From a virus (taxonomy: Duplodnaviria > Heunggongvirae > Uroviricota > Caudoviricetes), in IMG/VR virus record IMGVR_UViG_3300047483_000428: a stretch of DNA of 30,968 nt, one strand, 5' to 3'. A program made the translations under genes and the position numbers. Below are positions 23,787 through 30,968 of the stretch, piece by piece; the first letter of the stretch is position 1, and the number at the start of each line of letters is the position of its first letter. A model generated the notes under the pieces. That model ran no database searches and was not told the DNA's origin. It saw only the letters and a list, made by a program, of their open reading frames with translations.

Positions 23787-24106
23787 AGCGTAAACGTAGG
23801 AGCTAGACCTTCTCTAACACATTCTTGAATGAAGCCAGCAAATCTATCTGGGTATTTCATTTTGACATGGTTGATGATTTGGTTGAAGTCTGTTGTGTCA
23901 GCAGAGTTTTTTTCAATCTTGGTGTCTGTGATATTCAAAATGGTGGTTGCAGTTTGCCACCAACGTTTACGAATACGTGTTACAAAGAAAATGGTTTCAA
24001 TCATTTGCTGTGAGTTTTCTGCTTCTGCCCAACCCTTGACGCTTGTATTTACGCCAGGTGCTGGAATGTATGAGTGTTGTATTACGATGTATGCTTTTTG
24101 TGCCAT
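23783..24106 (-). CDS. Hypothetical protein
   Basis: 107 aa, coupled to the next gene. Confidence 0.7.
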   Translation of the reverse strand: MAQKAYIVIQHSYIPAPGVNTSVKGWAEAENSQQMIETIFFVTRIRKRWWQTATTILNITDTKIEKNSADTTDFNQIINHVKMKYPDRFAGFIQECVREGLAPTFTL

Positions 24107-24117
24107 ATTATTTTCCG

Positions 24118-24828
24118 TTAGTTTCTTAGACTTGGATTGGTTGTAGCGTCAACTGTTCTAAGTCTTCTTGCTGTTTGATGTTCTGATGCGTGTAGTAGCA
24201 GCAGCTTTCGTATTTCATTTGAATGGTTCGGCATGGTGCTATGTAGCAAACGTGGATTCCATGATATTATACTTCCTTTCGGTGCGACAAACTGCTTGTA
24301 GTTGTCTAGAAAGAAGGTGTCCCATGATTTGTCAATTGACGTACTATCAATTGTATATTTGTGAGTATTCGGCACATAACCAGTCGCGCCGTTCATTTCA
24401 TTTACATTGGTCAGTGGGACCATAAATTGAAGACCAAGGTGTTGATTGGTATATTTGAACTCCTTGAAACGATATGGAGTGTCAATATGAGGACGAATAA
24501 AATTCATTCCTGGGTATAGAACTATAAAATCTACATGATACCAAGTCCATTTGTTTTCGCCAATGACTGCATCTGCGATTGGTGTCAATCTATTTTTTAC
24601 TATATCGACTTCTGGTGATACAGCATCATCTGTCCAATAGTATGCCCAATCAACACTATATGGATCGTTTAGTTGGTCAGTTTCTTTCCAGCCCTTCCAT
24701 TTTTTATTCTTGTCATGTCCACGCTGTGGACGAAGGGTATCGCAATACGATGAGAGGGCATCTATAGTATTGTCATCAAATACTCGTTCCTGTATAAGAA
24801 ACCCGTCTTCTTCAAATCTATCTATCAT
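24118..24828 (-). CDS. 2OG-Fe(II) dioxygenase, phytanoyl-CoA dioxygenase-like
   Basis: PHIDTPY (HxD), NGATGYVPNTH, LLHSTMPN (distal His), IRK. Confidence 0.85.
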   Translation of the reverse strand: MIDRFEEDGFLIQERVFDDNTIDALSSYCDTLRPQRGHDKNKKWKGWKETDQLNDPYSVDWAYYWTDDAVSPEVDIVKNRLTPIADAVIGENKWTWYHVDFIVLYPGMNFIRPHIDTPYRFKEFKYTNQHLGLQFMVPLTNVNEMNGATGYVPNTHKYTIDSTSIDKSWDTFFLDNYKQFVAPKGSIISWNPRLLHSTMPNHSNEIRKLLLLHASEHQTARRLRTVDATTNPSLRN

Positions 24829-25229
24829 TTTAATAAAAATTTCCCATCTTCAATATAAAGGTTTTTATTATCATCAATATTTATCATAAAGATGATCCAT
24901 TCTTTGTTGCGTATATAACGACAGGTATATTTGCTTTCATCAACCAGCCTGTCAAGAATTTCAAAACCATATCCATGAGAAGCAGGGTCGCCTATGATTA
25001 CGGTTTCTTCAAATCCATCCGTTATTTTTTCTTCAAAATGTTTCACGACAAATGGCAAATCATTTGTGTCATTCAAAACTATCTTGATTCCTACCGTTTC
25101 AGATACGGTTTTCCTGAATGGATTTGGTCCATCCAAATTTATAGAAAATGCTGCCAACTCCCGATGTAGCATCAACTCGTATTCATCATACCATTCTGGC
25201 ATAATAATCCGTTTTGGTTCGTAGTCCAT
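24825..25229 (-). CDS. Hypothetical protein
   Basis: 134 aa, coupled to neighbours. Confidence 0.65.
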   Translation of the reverse strand: MDYEPKRIIMPEWYDEYELMLHRELAAFSINLDGPNPFRKTVSETVGIKIVLNDTNDLPFVVKHFEEKITDGFEETVIIGDPASHGYGFEILDRLVDESKYTCRYIRNKEWIIFMINIDDNKNLYIEDGKFLLK

Positions 25230-26161
25230 TATGACTGTCCTGCAATGTATTGAAGTTCAAGAAGAGTTGCACTTAGGTTGATTTCTGGGTCTGCAACGAG
25301 TGAATGATTTACCAACCCATCACGAATACATAGCAATGCTCTGCCCTTTGTTTTGGTATCTTCGCCAAACCAATCCAAGTTCTCATATAGCTTACGAAAC
25401 ACACCTTCATATTCTTCTGGACGTGCTTTCTCAACAATCATTTTACGGGCATCAGCAACTTTTCCAAGTTGGAAGAGTGCTACATATTCTAGAACCCAAT
25501 CACTTTCGCCACCTTCACCAGAACTTGGTTCTTGTAGCTTTCCATCAACTACGTTCTGTTGAACCATTCCAATGCATTTGCGCAAGTCTGGATAGGTTGA
25601 CTTTACGTATACGTCAAGGTCATCTGGTTGAAACGTAATACCTTCTTCCAAGAGAATGGTTGCAATACGAACTGTGAACTCAGTCTGGTCTAGTTTGGCG
25701 ATATGAAAACCCTGACAACGAGAATGTAGAGCAGGAATAACTTTGTTTGGATAGTTACAGGTAAGAATGAAACGACAGGTTGACGAATATGTTTCCATCA
25801 TATTACGAAGAATTGCTTGTGCGTTTTGAGTGAGGTAATCAGCCTCATCAAGCAGAACATACTTGAAATCACCAGAGAATGGAAGTGAGCCAGCAAACCC
25901 ACTGATTTTGTTTCTCATAGTGTCAACGTTGTTTTCGTTAGAGGCGTTGATAATCATAATGTCGCCACCATCTACGCCAAGTTCGTTGAGAAGGATTTTC
26001 GCAAGAGTGGTCTTACCAGTTCCCGCTGCACCAGAGAATAGAAGGTGTGGAACTGCACCAGACTTGACCCAATTCTTTACCTGATGCTTTTGCTTTTCAT
26101 CACGGAATACGTAATCCTCTAATGTCTGTGGGCGATATTTTTCGGTCCAGAGTTCTCTCAT
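25229..26161 (-). CDS. Sliding-clamp loader AAA+ subunit (T4 gp44 / RFC small subunit-like)
   Basis: WTEKYRP, GAAGTGKTT, LDEAD, CRFILTCN, SRC motif, DLRK. Confidence 0.93.
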   Translation of the reverse strand: MRELWTEKYRPQTLEDYVFRDEKQKHQVKNWVKSGAVPHLLFSGAAGTGKTTLAKILLNELGVDGGDIMIINASNENNVDTMRNKISGFAGSLPFSGDFKYVLLDEADYLTQNAQAILRNMMETYSSTCRFILTCNYPNKVIPALHSRCQGFHIAKLDQTEFTVRIATILLEEGITFQPDDLDVYVKSTYPDLRKCIGMVQQNVVDGKLQEPSSGEGGESDWVLEYVALFQLGKVADARKMIVEKARPEEYEGVFRKLYENLDWFGEDTKTKGRALLCIRDGLVNHSLVADPEINLSATLLELQYIAGQS

Positions 26162-26194
26162 TTTTATCTCGTTTGTTGATGATTGATTTTACAG

Positions 26195-26223
26195 AGTATA
26201 TCACTTTTCTTTGAGAAGATCAA
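26195..26223 (-). promoter_or_regulatory. Sigma70-type promoter for the clamp-loader unit
   Basis: TTGATC-17-TATACT. Confidence 0.5.
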
Positions 26224-26632
26224 GTGCGTAATATTGTTCCACTAACTTATCGTAGTGTTCATATGTAAGTTGTTCAAGTTCTGGATATTTTTTCTCAAGT
26301 GATTTGTTTCGCAAATCTAACTTGATACCAAAAGTTTTTCTTTTCTCGGCAAACTTATCGCCTTGGCATGAAACATAAGGAACTATGTTTCGTTTTGGTG
26401 TTGGTTTCGAAAAGATTAGTTCTTTTGTTACTACTACAACTCGTCCGTCTCCAAGACAAAACTTACATTCAGACCGTATTGTTTCGTAGTCGTTTCTGTG
26501 ATAGTCTACTAATTCTTCTTTAGTTATGGTTCCTATGCCCTTGCATTGTGGGCATAGTTCAACCACGTTCTTTTCAACTACATCGATTGAACTACGCCAT
26601 TCAATGTCACGTTTTGTTTCTTCATCAATCAT
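26201..26632 (-). CDS. Protein with DnaJ-type CxxCxGxG zinc finger
   Basis: CPQCKGIG and CKFCLGDG. Confidence 0.75.
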   Translation of the reverse strand: MIDEETKRDIEWRSSIDVVEKNVVELCPQCKGIGTITKEELVDYHRNDYETIRSECKFCLGDGRVVVVTKELIFSKPTPKRNIVPYVSCQGDKFAEKRKTFGIKLDLRNKSLEKKYPELEQLTYEHYDKLVEQYYALDLLKEK

Positions 26633-27093
26633 CGGTTTGGGTCAGCTTCTTTATATTCTGGTGTTTCTGGCATAGTCCAAGGAAACGATTCGATGTTTAC
26701 CCGACTGTCTCGTGAAGTAAAGTAAGACTTGTACTTTTCTCCATTTTCATCTTCATACCATTCCCAGAACACAATGCCATCCATCCAATAGGCTTGCCCG
26801 TTTTCTTTGAACACGTTAGATGCGCGGCGGTTCTGAAACACTCCGTGTCCAACTTCATTCCACTCATCGTCATTTCCAGTAAGAGGCGTAAGTGGGTTGT
26901 ATGCAAGAACACGTTTCAAAATTGATAGTGCATATGATGCACTGAATCCCGAATGTCCTTCTTCTGCAAACATTTCTACCATGCGAAGGATATGGTCACG
27001 CATATGAAAGTCCATACCTTCACCAGTGCGGTCATCGGTTCCAAGATTGAGAATATCCAATTCTCGCTTTGCGTAGTCAACAAGATTGCTCAT
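26629..27093 (-). CDS. Hypothetical protein
   Basis: 154 aa; FAEEGHSGFSA, PLTPLTG, FQNRR. Confidence 0.8.
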   Translation of the reverse strand: MSNLVDYAKRELDILNLGTDDRTGEGMDFHMRDHILRMVEMFAEEGHSGFSASYALSILKRVLAYNPLTPLTGNDDEWNEVGHGVFQNRRASNVFKENGQAYWMDGIVFWEWYEDENGEKYKSYFTSRDSRVNIESFPWTMPETPEYKEADPNR

Positions 27094-27102
27094 ACTATCC
27101 TA

Positions 27103-27318
27103 TTATTTGTAAAAGATTACTACAGCCAAAAAAAGCTGTGCGAATATATTTACTGCTAGAAGGGTTCTGATAGTTGCGAATGCCTCTGGCAGTTTTGCGA
27201 TTTTTCGGTTCAGGCTTTCCCACATTTCCATTCTGCGTTTAGTTGCAGCGTCAATTGTAACTGGGGTTGCATCGTCAAGTCCAAATACGATACGGTCTTC
27301 CTTGGAAGTATCTGCCAT
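27103..27318 (-). CDS. Small protein with C-terminal TM helix
   Basis: LLAVNIFAQLFLAVVIF. Confidence 0.65.
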   Translation of the reverse strand: MADTSKEDRIVFGLDDATPVTIDAATKRRMEMWESLNRKIAKLPEAFATIRTLLAVNIFAQLFLAVVIFYK

Positions 27319-27641
27319 TATTTCACCTCGTCTGGCTTGGTTTCGCTTACACCAAGAATACCATTTGGGTCACCCAACCAAAAACGAATTTCTGTTTCGC
27401 CCAAGTCTAGGTTTTGCCCGACACTCCATCGTCCATGGTCCATAAGAACCCACTGACCGACACTGACATCTTTTTGTTCTGGTCCAACAGCATACACTTC
27501 TGCCCATCTAGCACGAATGCCACGCTCACCCGCATCGGTGGTGCTGTCATCTATGATGATCAAACCATTAGCAGTTTTTCTTTCGCCATGGTCTAGGTTG
27601 ATTAGAATAATATTGTTTCCGAGTGGTCGCAACGTTCTCAT
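27318..27641 (-). CDS. groES: GroES-like co-chaperonin
   Basis: LRPLGNNIIL, KTANGLII, AEVYAVGP, VSVGQWVL; start at 27641 with GAGG RBS. Confidence 0.85.
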   Translation of the reverse strand: MRTLRPLGNNIILINLDHGERKTANGLIIIDDSTTDAGERGIRARWAEVYAVGPEQKDVSVGQWVLMDHGRWSVGQNLDLGETEIRFWLGDPNGILGVSETKPDEVK

Positions 27642-27642
27642 A

Positions 27643-27969
27643 TTATTCCTCGTTATTATTGTCAAAGTTTTCCGCAAATGTTGGTGCTGGAGCGGGAGTG
27701 TATTTTTTAGTTGGCTGTGGTTCAAGACCGACTGGCAATTCTTCTTTTGCATTATCAACTTTGATAGATGCTTTTTTTACTGCCTTTGGATTGTTTTTGT
27801 TGTAATGCTCACGAGCAATTTGGTCTGCGGTTTTTTCAATTTTTCCGCCTTTACCCAACTGGTCGCCACGTGCATTTGTTTTTACGTTGCCTACCGCGAT
27901 GGTGGTTTCTTGTGCGATTTGTAGCTTTTCAAAGTCTACTTCTGCGCCTCTTGAACTTTTTCTAATCAT
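27643..27969 (-). CDS. Hypothetical protein
   Basis: GAGG RBS; IAVGNVKTNARGDQLGKGG. Confidence 0.75.
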   Translation of the reverse strand: MIRKSSRGAEVDFEKLQIAQETTIAVGNVKTNARGDQLGKGGKIEKTADQIAREHYNKNNPKAVKKASIKVDNAKEELPVGLEPQPTKKYTPAPAPTFAENFDNNNEE

Positions 27970-27970
27970 A

Positions 27971-28174
27971 TTATTCCTCATTCATTTCAAAGATTCGTTT
28001 TAGAAATTCTCGTATTATATCTTCTGATTGTTGTTTACGTTCAGTATCACTTTTGTGTGGATTTTTATTCATGTATGTAAGATGAACAAGATTTATACAA
28101 ACTCTCAATTCTTGTTCTTCTTGAAGAGACAACTTGCGTTTACTGGCTGGAAACTTTATTATTATGTCACTCAT
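27971..28174 (-). CDS. Hypothetical protein
   Basis: 67 aa; overlaps the upstream stop. Confidence 0.55.
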   Translation of the reverse strand: MSDIIIKFPASKRKLSLQEEQELRVCINLVHLTYMNKNPHKSDTERKQQSEDIIREFLKRIFEMNEE

Positions 28175-28698
28175 TTCAAAAACTCTTTTATGTCCAATCC
28201 ATATTTCTCACTGTCGATCTTATGAATACCAATAACGTAAAGAACATAACTAGCAACACTTGAACCGCGCCCTACACCCCATACCACGTTGTGCTTTCGC
28301 ATCTGGTCTACCAAATAAACACACAGGCGAAGAACGTCCAACAATTCATATTTATCATACAACTCCAACTCTGTTTCGACTCGGTTCATCCTCGCCAAAG
28401 GTGTTTTGCTCTTGACGTATGAACATATTTCCATCTTCATATATTCATCAGGAACAAACCATTTTCTTTGATGTTCAATATCGAACTCACTAACATCAAC
28501 ACTATAATGGCTGAGTGGTTGTAACGGTGAGTCAGAAAGATGGTTCAGAGTTAAAGCGGTATTATACTTATCAAAATCTTCATGCCATTCTACTTGGTCT
28601 AATTTTGATAAGTCCACACCTTGATAAAGAAGTTCATATAAGTCATGACGATTATAGATGACTCGACCATATTGGTCTGTTGTCACCTTATCAATCAT
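28171..28698 (-). CDS. DNA polymerase III alpha (DnaE)-like fragment
   Basis: RVETELEL...VVWGVGRGSSVASYVLYVIGIHKID...EFLK matches the DnaE GRGS region; only about 175 aa. Confidence 0.8.
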   Translation of the reverse strand: MIDKVTTDQYGRVIYNRHDLYELLYQGVDLSKLDQVEWHEDFDKYNTALTLNHLSDSPLQPLSHYSVDVSEFDIEHQRKWFVPDEYMKMEICSYVKSKTPLARMNRVETELELYDKYELLDVLRLCVYLVDQMRKHNVVWGVGRGSSVASYVLYVIGIHKIDSEKYGLDIKEFLK

Positions 28699-29353
28699 CA
28701 ATGACTTTTGGCTTCCATCTTGGAATTTCAATAACTTCTCCATTCTTTGGGGCGCTCATTTCCCCAGAGACAATTTTTTCTATATCTTCAAATATTGTAT
28801 CAGAATATGGTGGAGTTGTCAAGTCTTCATCATCTTCGGCAACATAATCTTCGCACTCTGTAGATGCTCTGAACCACCAAGGAACATCATAAAAGTATCT
28901 TCCTTCGCCTATAAATGTTTTTAGGTCTGGCAGCATATGATATGAAGTATCAGCATATGTATATGTGATAGATGGATTTGAATATTTGCTTCCCACTTTC
29001 ACACTTAGAATCTCTAGACTTTCACCCGCAATAGCGTTTAGCTTTGCATGTAGAGTGATTGCGATAACATCATTAGTGGGAACATATGGAAACAGAACAA
29101 CATGGTTTTCTGCAAAGTCTGCATCAATTGGAGCGTTGACATGAGTGAGAATGCTATGTTGCAAAACTTCTTCTAAGAAGAACTTTACCTTGAGAAAGGC
29201 GGAATTACCTTTTTGCAAATCTGGGGTGGTCCAAGCAAAGTCAATGGAAACTTCAAAAATATCACTTAGTATGACTGGCTCTGCTTGGATTAGCGTTGCG
29301 TTAAAATGTGTGGTAAACGTAGAATAACTACTTACCATAAAGTCGTCTGGCAT
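28691..29353 (-). CDS. Hypothetical protein, weak QueD/T-fold resemblance
   Basis: LQHSIL...PTNDVIAITLHAKL...ILSVKV pattern; no clear catalytic His set. Confidence 0.7.
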   Translation of the reverse strand: MPDDFMVSSYSTFTTHFNATLIQAEPVILSDIFEVSIDFAWTTPDLQKGNSAFLKVKFFLEEVLQHSILTHVNAPIDADFAENHVVLFPYVPTNDVIAITLHAKLNAIAGESLEILSVKVGSKYSNPSITYTYADTSYHMLPDLKTFIGEGRYFYDVPWWFRASTECEDYVAEDDEDLTTPPYSDTIFEDIEKIVSGEMSAPKNGEVIEIPRWKPKVIDD

Positions 29354-29722
29354 TTATACCTCGTATGTTTGTAGCCCACTATCGTTATCGGTTATGTCGC
29401 CGTTATGTAGATAGATGGTTGCCTGTTCAAAAAATTCGTCCGATTCAGTGTAAAAGTCATACATAATGTATAGCTTAGGGAATGTGCGGCTTAGTTTCAC
29501 AACATGCTTGAGTAGGTTTACTTGGTCAGATTCAGTAGAAAATCTGAGATTGTCGTGTCCAAGGTCATACTTGACATCAGTAAAGTTCAACTGCTCTTGC
29601 CAAGTTTGAAACCATTGGCCATACATAAACTCCACAAAACGTGTTATGTCAACATCTGTTCCGTCCACAGTCAGACTGTGGTTTACCTTTTTAGTCTGTA
29701 TCGGTTGATGCATCGGTGTCAT
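29354..29722 (-). CDS. Hypothetical protein
   Basis: GGAG RBS, 122 aa. Confidence 0.65.
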   Translation of the reverse strand: MTPMHQPIQTKKVNHSLTVDGTDVDITRFVEFMYGQWFQTWQEQLNFTDVKYDLGHDNLRFSTESDQVNLLKHVVKLSRTFPKLYIMYDFYTESDEFFEQATIYLHNGDITDNDSGLQTYEV

Positions 29723-29948
29723 TGTCTTCTCCTATGATGAATGAGTCAGGAGTGCGCTCGTTGATAATATCAAAACGCATCCGTTCCAATCGTTCGTTGA
29801 GTTCCAGTCGCAATATCTCTAAGTGATACTGCAACTGTTGCACAACGTGGTCCATTCCCTGACGATGAGCGATGTTCATTTTTTTCATAACATCTTCCAT
29901 CTTTTCATCTAGTTCTTCTTCGGAGAGACTTGAATAATCATTATACAT
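29691..29948 (-). CDS. Helical acidic hypothetical protein
   Basis: 85 aa, AAGGA RBS, upstream GATAAATAC. Confidence 0.7.
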   Translation of the reverse strand: MYNDYSSLSEEELDEKMEDVMKKMNIAHRQGMDHVVQQLQYHLEILRLELNERLERMRFDIINERTPDSFIIGEDNDTDASTDTD

Positions 29949-29975
29949 ATAAAAGTCCTTATGTCTTATATGTAT

Positions 29976-30320
29976 TTATCTTTTGGCGTCAAGATGTATT
30001 GACAGGCTTGCCAAAATCTCTTTATCAATTTCTTCTTGAAGCACCTTCGCCAACTCTTCGTTGATTTCATTGACAACTTTACTTTCGTTCTCTATCTTAT
30101 TTAGATAGTCAGAATATGACAGACCAAGAAGACTCATCATTTGATGATACACTTCTGGTTGGTCGGCAACTTTGGCAAGAACTTCATATTCTTTCTGTTG
30201 GAGTTCGTTCCATTCCTCTTCGGACAGAGTATGCTCCATCGTCCAAGAGGCATTCAGAGTGCGGCTTTTAGCTTGCACCGCAATCTTTTCTATTTTGATG
30301 TTTGATAAATCAAAACTCAT
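29976..30320 (-). CDS. Short protein resembling an internal segment of gp23-type major capsid proteins
   Basis: IEKIAVQAKSRTLNASWTME and ELAKVLQEEIDKEILASL. Confidence 0.6.
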   Translation of the reverse strand: MSFDLSNIKIEKIAVQAKSRTLNASWTMEHTLSEEEWNELQQKEYEVLAKVADQPEVYHQMMSLLGLSYSDYLNKIENESKVVNEINEELAKVLQEEIDKEILASLSIHLDAKR

Positions 30321-30724
30321 AGGTCGCCAACTTTGCGATTTTCAGAGTAATAGGGGTCAAAATTTCCACCTGGGTATCGGGCTTCCAGTTTGCGGACATT
30401 CTCTGCGATAACTTCGTTTGGATTTTCACCGATAGCACGACATGCATTTACGAAATACCAAGCAATGTCGCCAAGTTCTCGCTTCATATGAAAGATAGTA
30501 TCTTCATTCATGGGCTTACCCTGAAAGACGCATTTCTTTGCAATCTCTGCAAACTCGCCGCCCTCTGCACTCATGCCGATAGCACCAGTAAGAAGTAGAG
30601 AAATGTTTACCGTTTCGTTTAGTTCACGAAGTCGGACAATCATAGCTTCAAGGTCGTTTGATGCATCCGATGTTACAGCAGATACAAAGTCTTGATATTT
30701 TTGTAGGTCAATTTGTTGAGTCAT
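30317..30724 (-). CDS. MazG-like NTP pyrophosphohydrolase
   Basis: GMSAEGGEFAEIAKK, RELGDIAWY, NVRKLEARYP; start at ATG 30724 with GAGG RBS. Confidence 0.9.
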   Translation of the reverse strand: MTQQIDLQKYQDFVSAVTSDASNDLEAMIVRLRELNETVNISLLLTGAIGMSAEGGEFAEIAKKCVFQGKPMNEDTIFHMKRELGDIAWYFVNACRAIGENPNEVIAENVRKLEARYPGGNFDPYYSENRKVGDL

Positions 30725-30752
30725 TTGATTCCTCTTGTTTGAATAATAATCC

Positions 30753-30781
30753 ATTATATCGCATAGTGATTGTATTTTCAA
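30753..30781 (-). promoter_or_regulatory. Sigma70-type promoter
   Basis: TTGAAA-17-TATAAT. Confidence 0.7.
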
Positions 30782-30783
30782 GG

Positions 30784-30817
30784 AAAAAAAGACCCGATAG
30801 AAAGAATCTATCGGGCC
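30784..30817 (-). terminator. Intrinsic terminator
   Basis: Minus strand GGCCCGATAGA-TTCTT-TCTATCGGGTC followed by a 7-U tract. Confidence 0.8.
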
Positions 30818-30968
30818 AGTTGGCGAAGAGGACTAGAGTTTGATGCAGGGAGCATCAAACAAAAGTGCAGGGAGAACCCCTGCATCTGTATTTACCCCTT
30901 CTACATACAATATTATGTGCCTACATACATTTGATTTCTTGTTCATTCGTGCTGTAATACACTTTTCT

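Noticed and set aside
1-30968. Stop-codon reassignment as seen in some large phages
   Set aside because: Recognisable genes are full length under the standard code and the genes tile densely; no fragmentation pattern.

Overview
Window from a large lytic dsDNA phage genome, probably a T4-related jumbo-type myovirus. An alphaproteobacterial host is plausible but is an inference. About 73 CDS are present, nearly all on the minus strand; only ORF 4003-4230 and phoH are on plus. The left end (1-5072) holds ClpA (truncated by the window edge), a J-domain protein, a spanin-like pair, IF-1 and PhoH. The centre (5085-22971) is an early/accessory region of small ORFs plus an alarmone-type HD hydrolase, an Rnl1-type RNA ligase, an HNH nuclease, the NAD salvage genes NadV (Nampt) and NadM-Nudix, an HD protein, a P-loop kinase, a receiver-like protein, a HAD nucleotidase and an Smr protein. 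The right end (22974-30724) holds a secreted polysaccharide lyase-like protein, a 2OG-Fe(II) oxygenase, a clamp-loader subunit, GroES, a DnaE fragment, a capsid-like fragment and a MazG-like pyrophosphatase. The most interesting signals are non-coding. (1) nadV and nadM share a two-hairpin 5' leader: a C-AGAGA-G loop hairpin followed by an RBS-containing G-GAG-T hairpin, with different stem sequences but identical loop-to-loop spacing. (2) Ten sigma70-type promoters carry a fixed-position CGAATCA/TGATTCG (GANTC) box and mostly lack the -7 T. (3) Several -35 hexamers overlap the TGA stop of the upstream gene, suggesting promoter-gene cassettes. All motif counts are by eye and all homologies are from recalled family motifs, not database searches. 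No tRNA, rRNA, CRISPR array, transposase or integrase was recognised.
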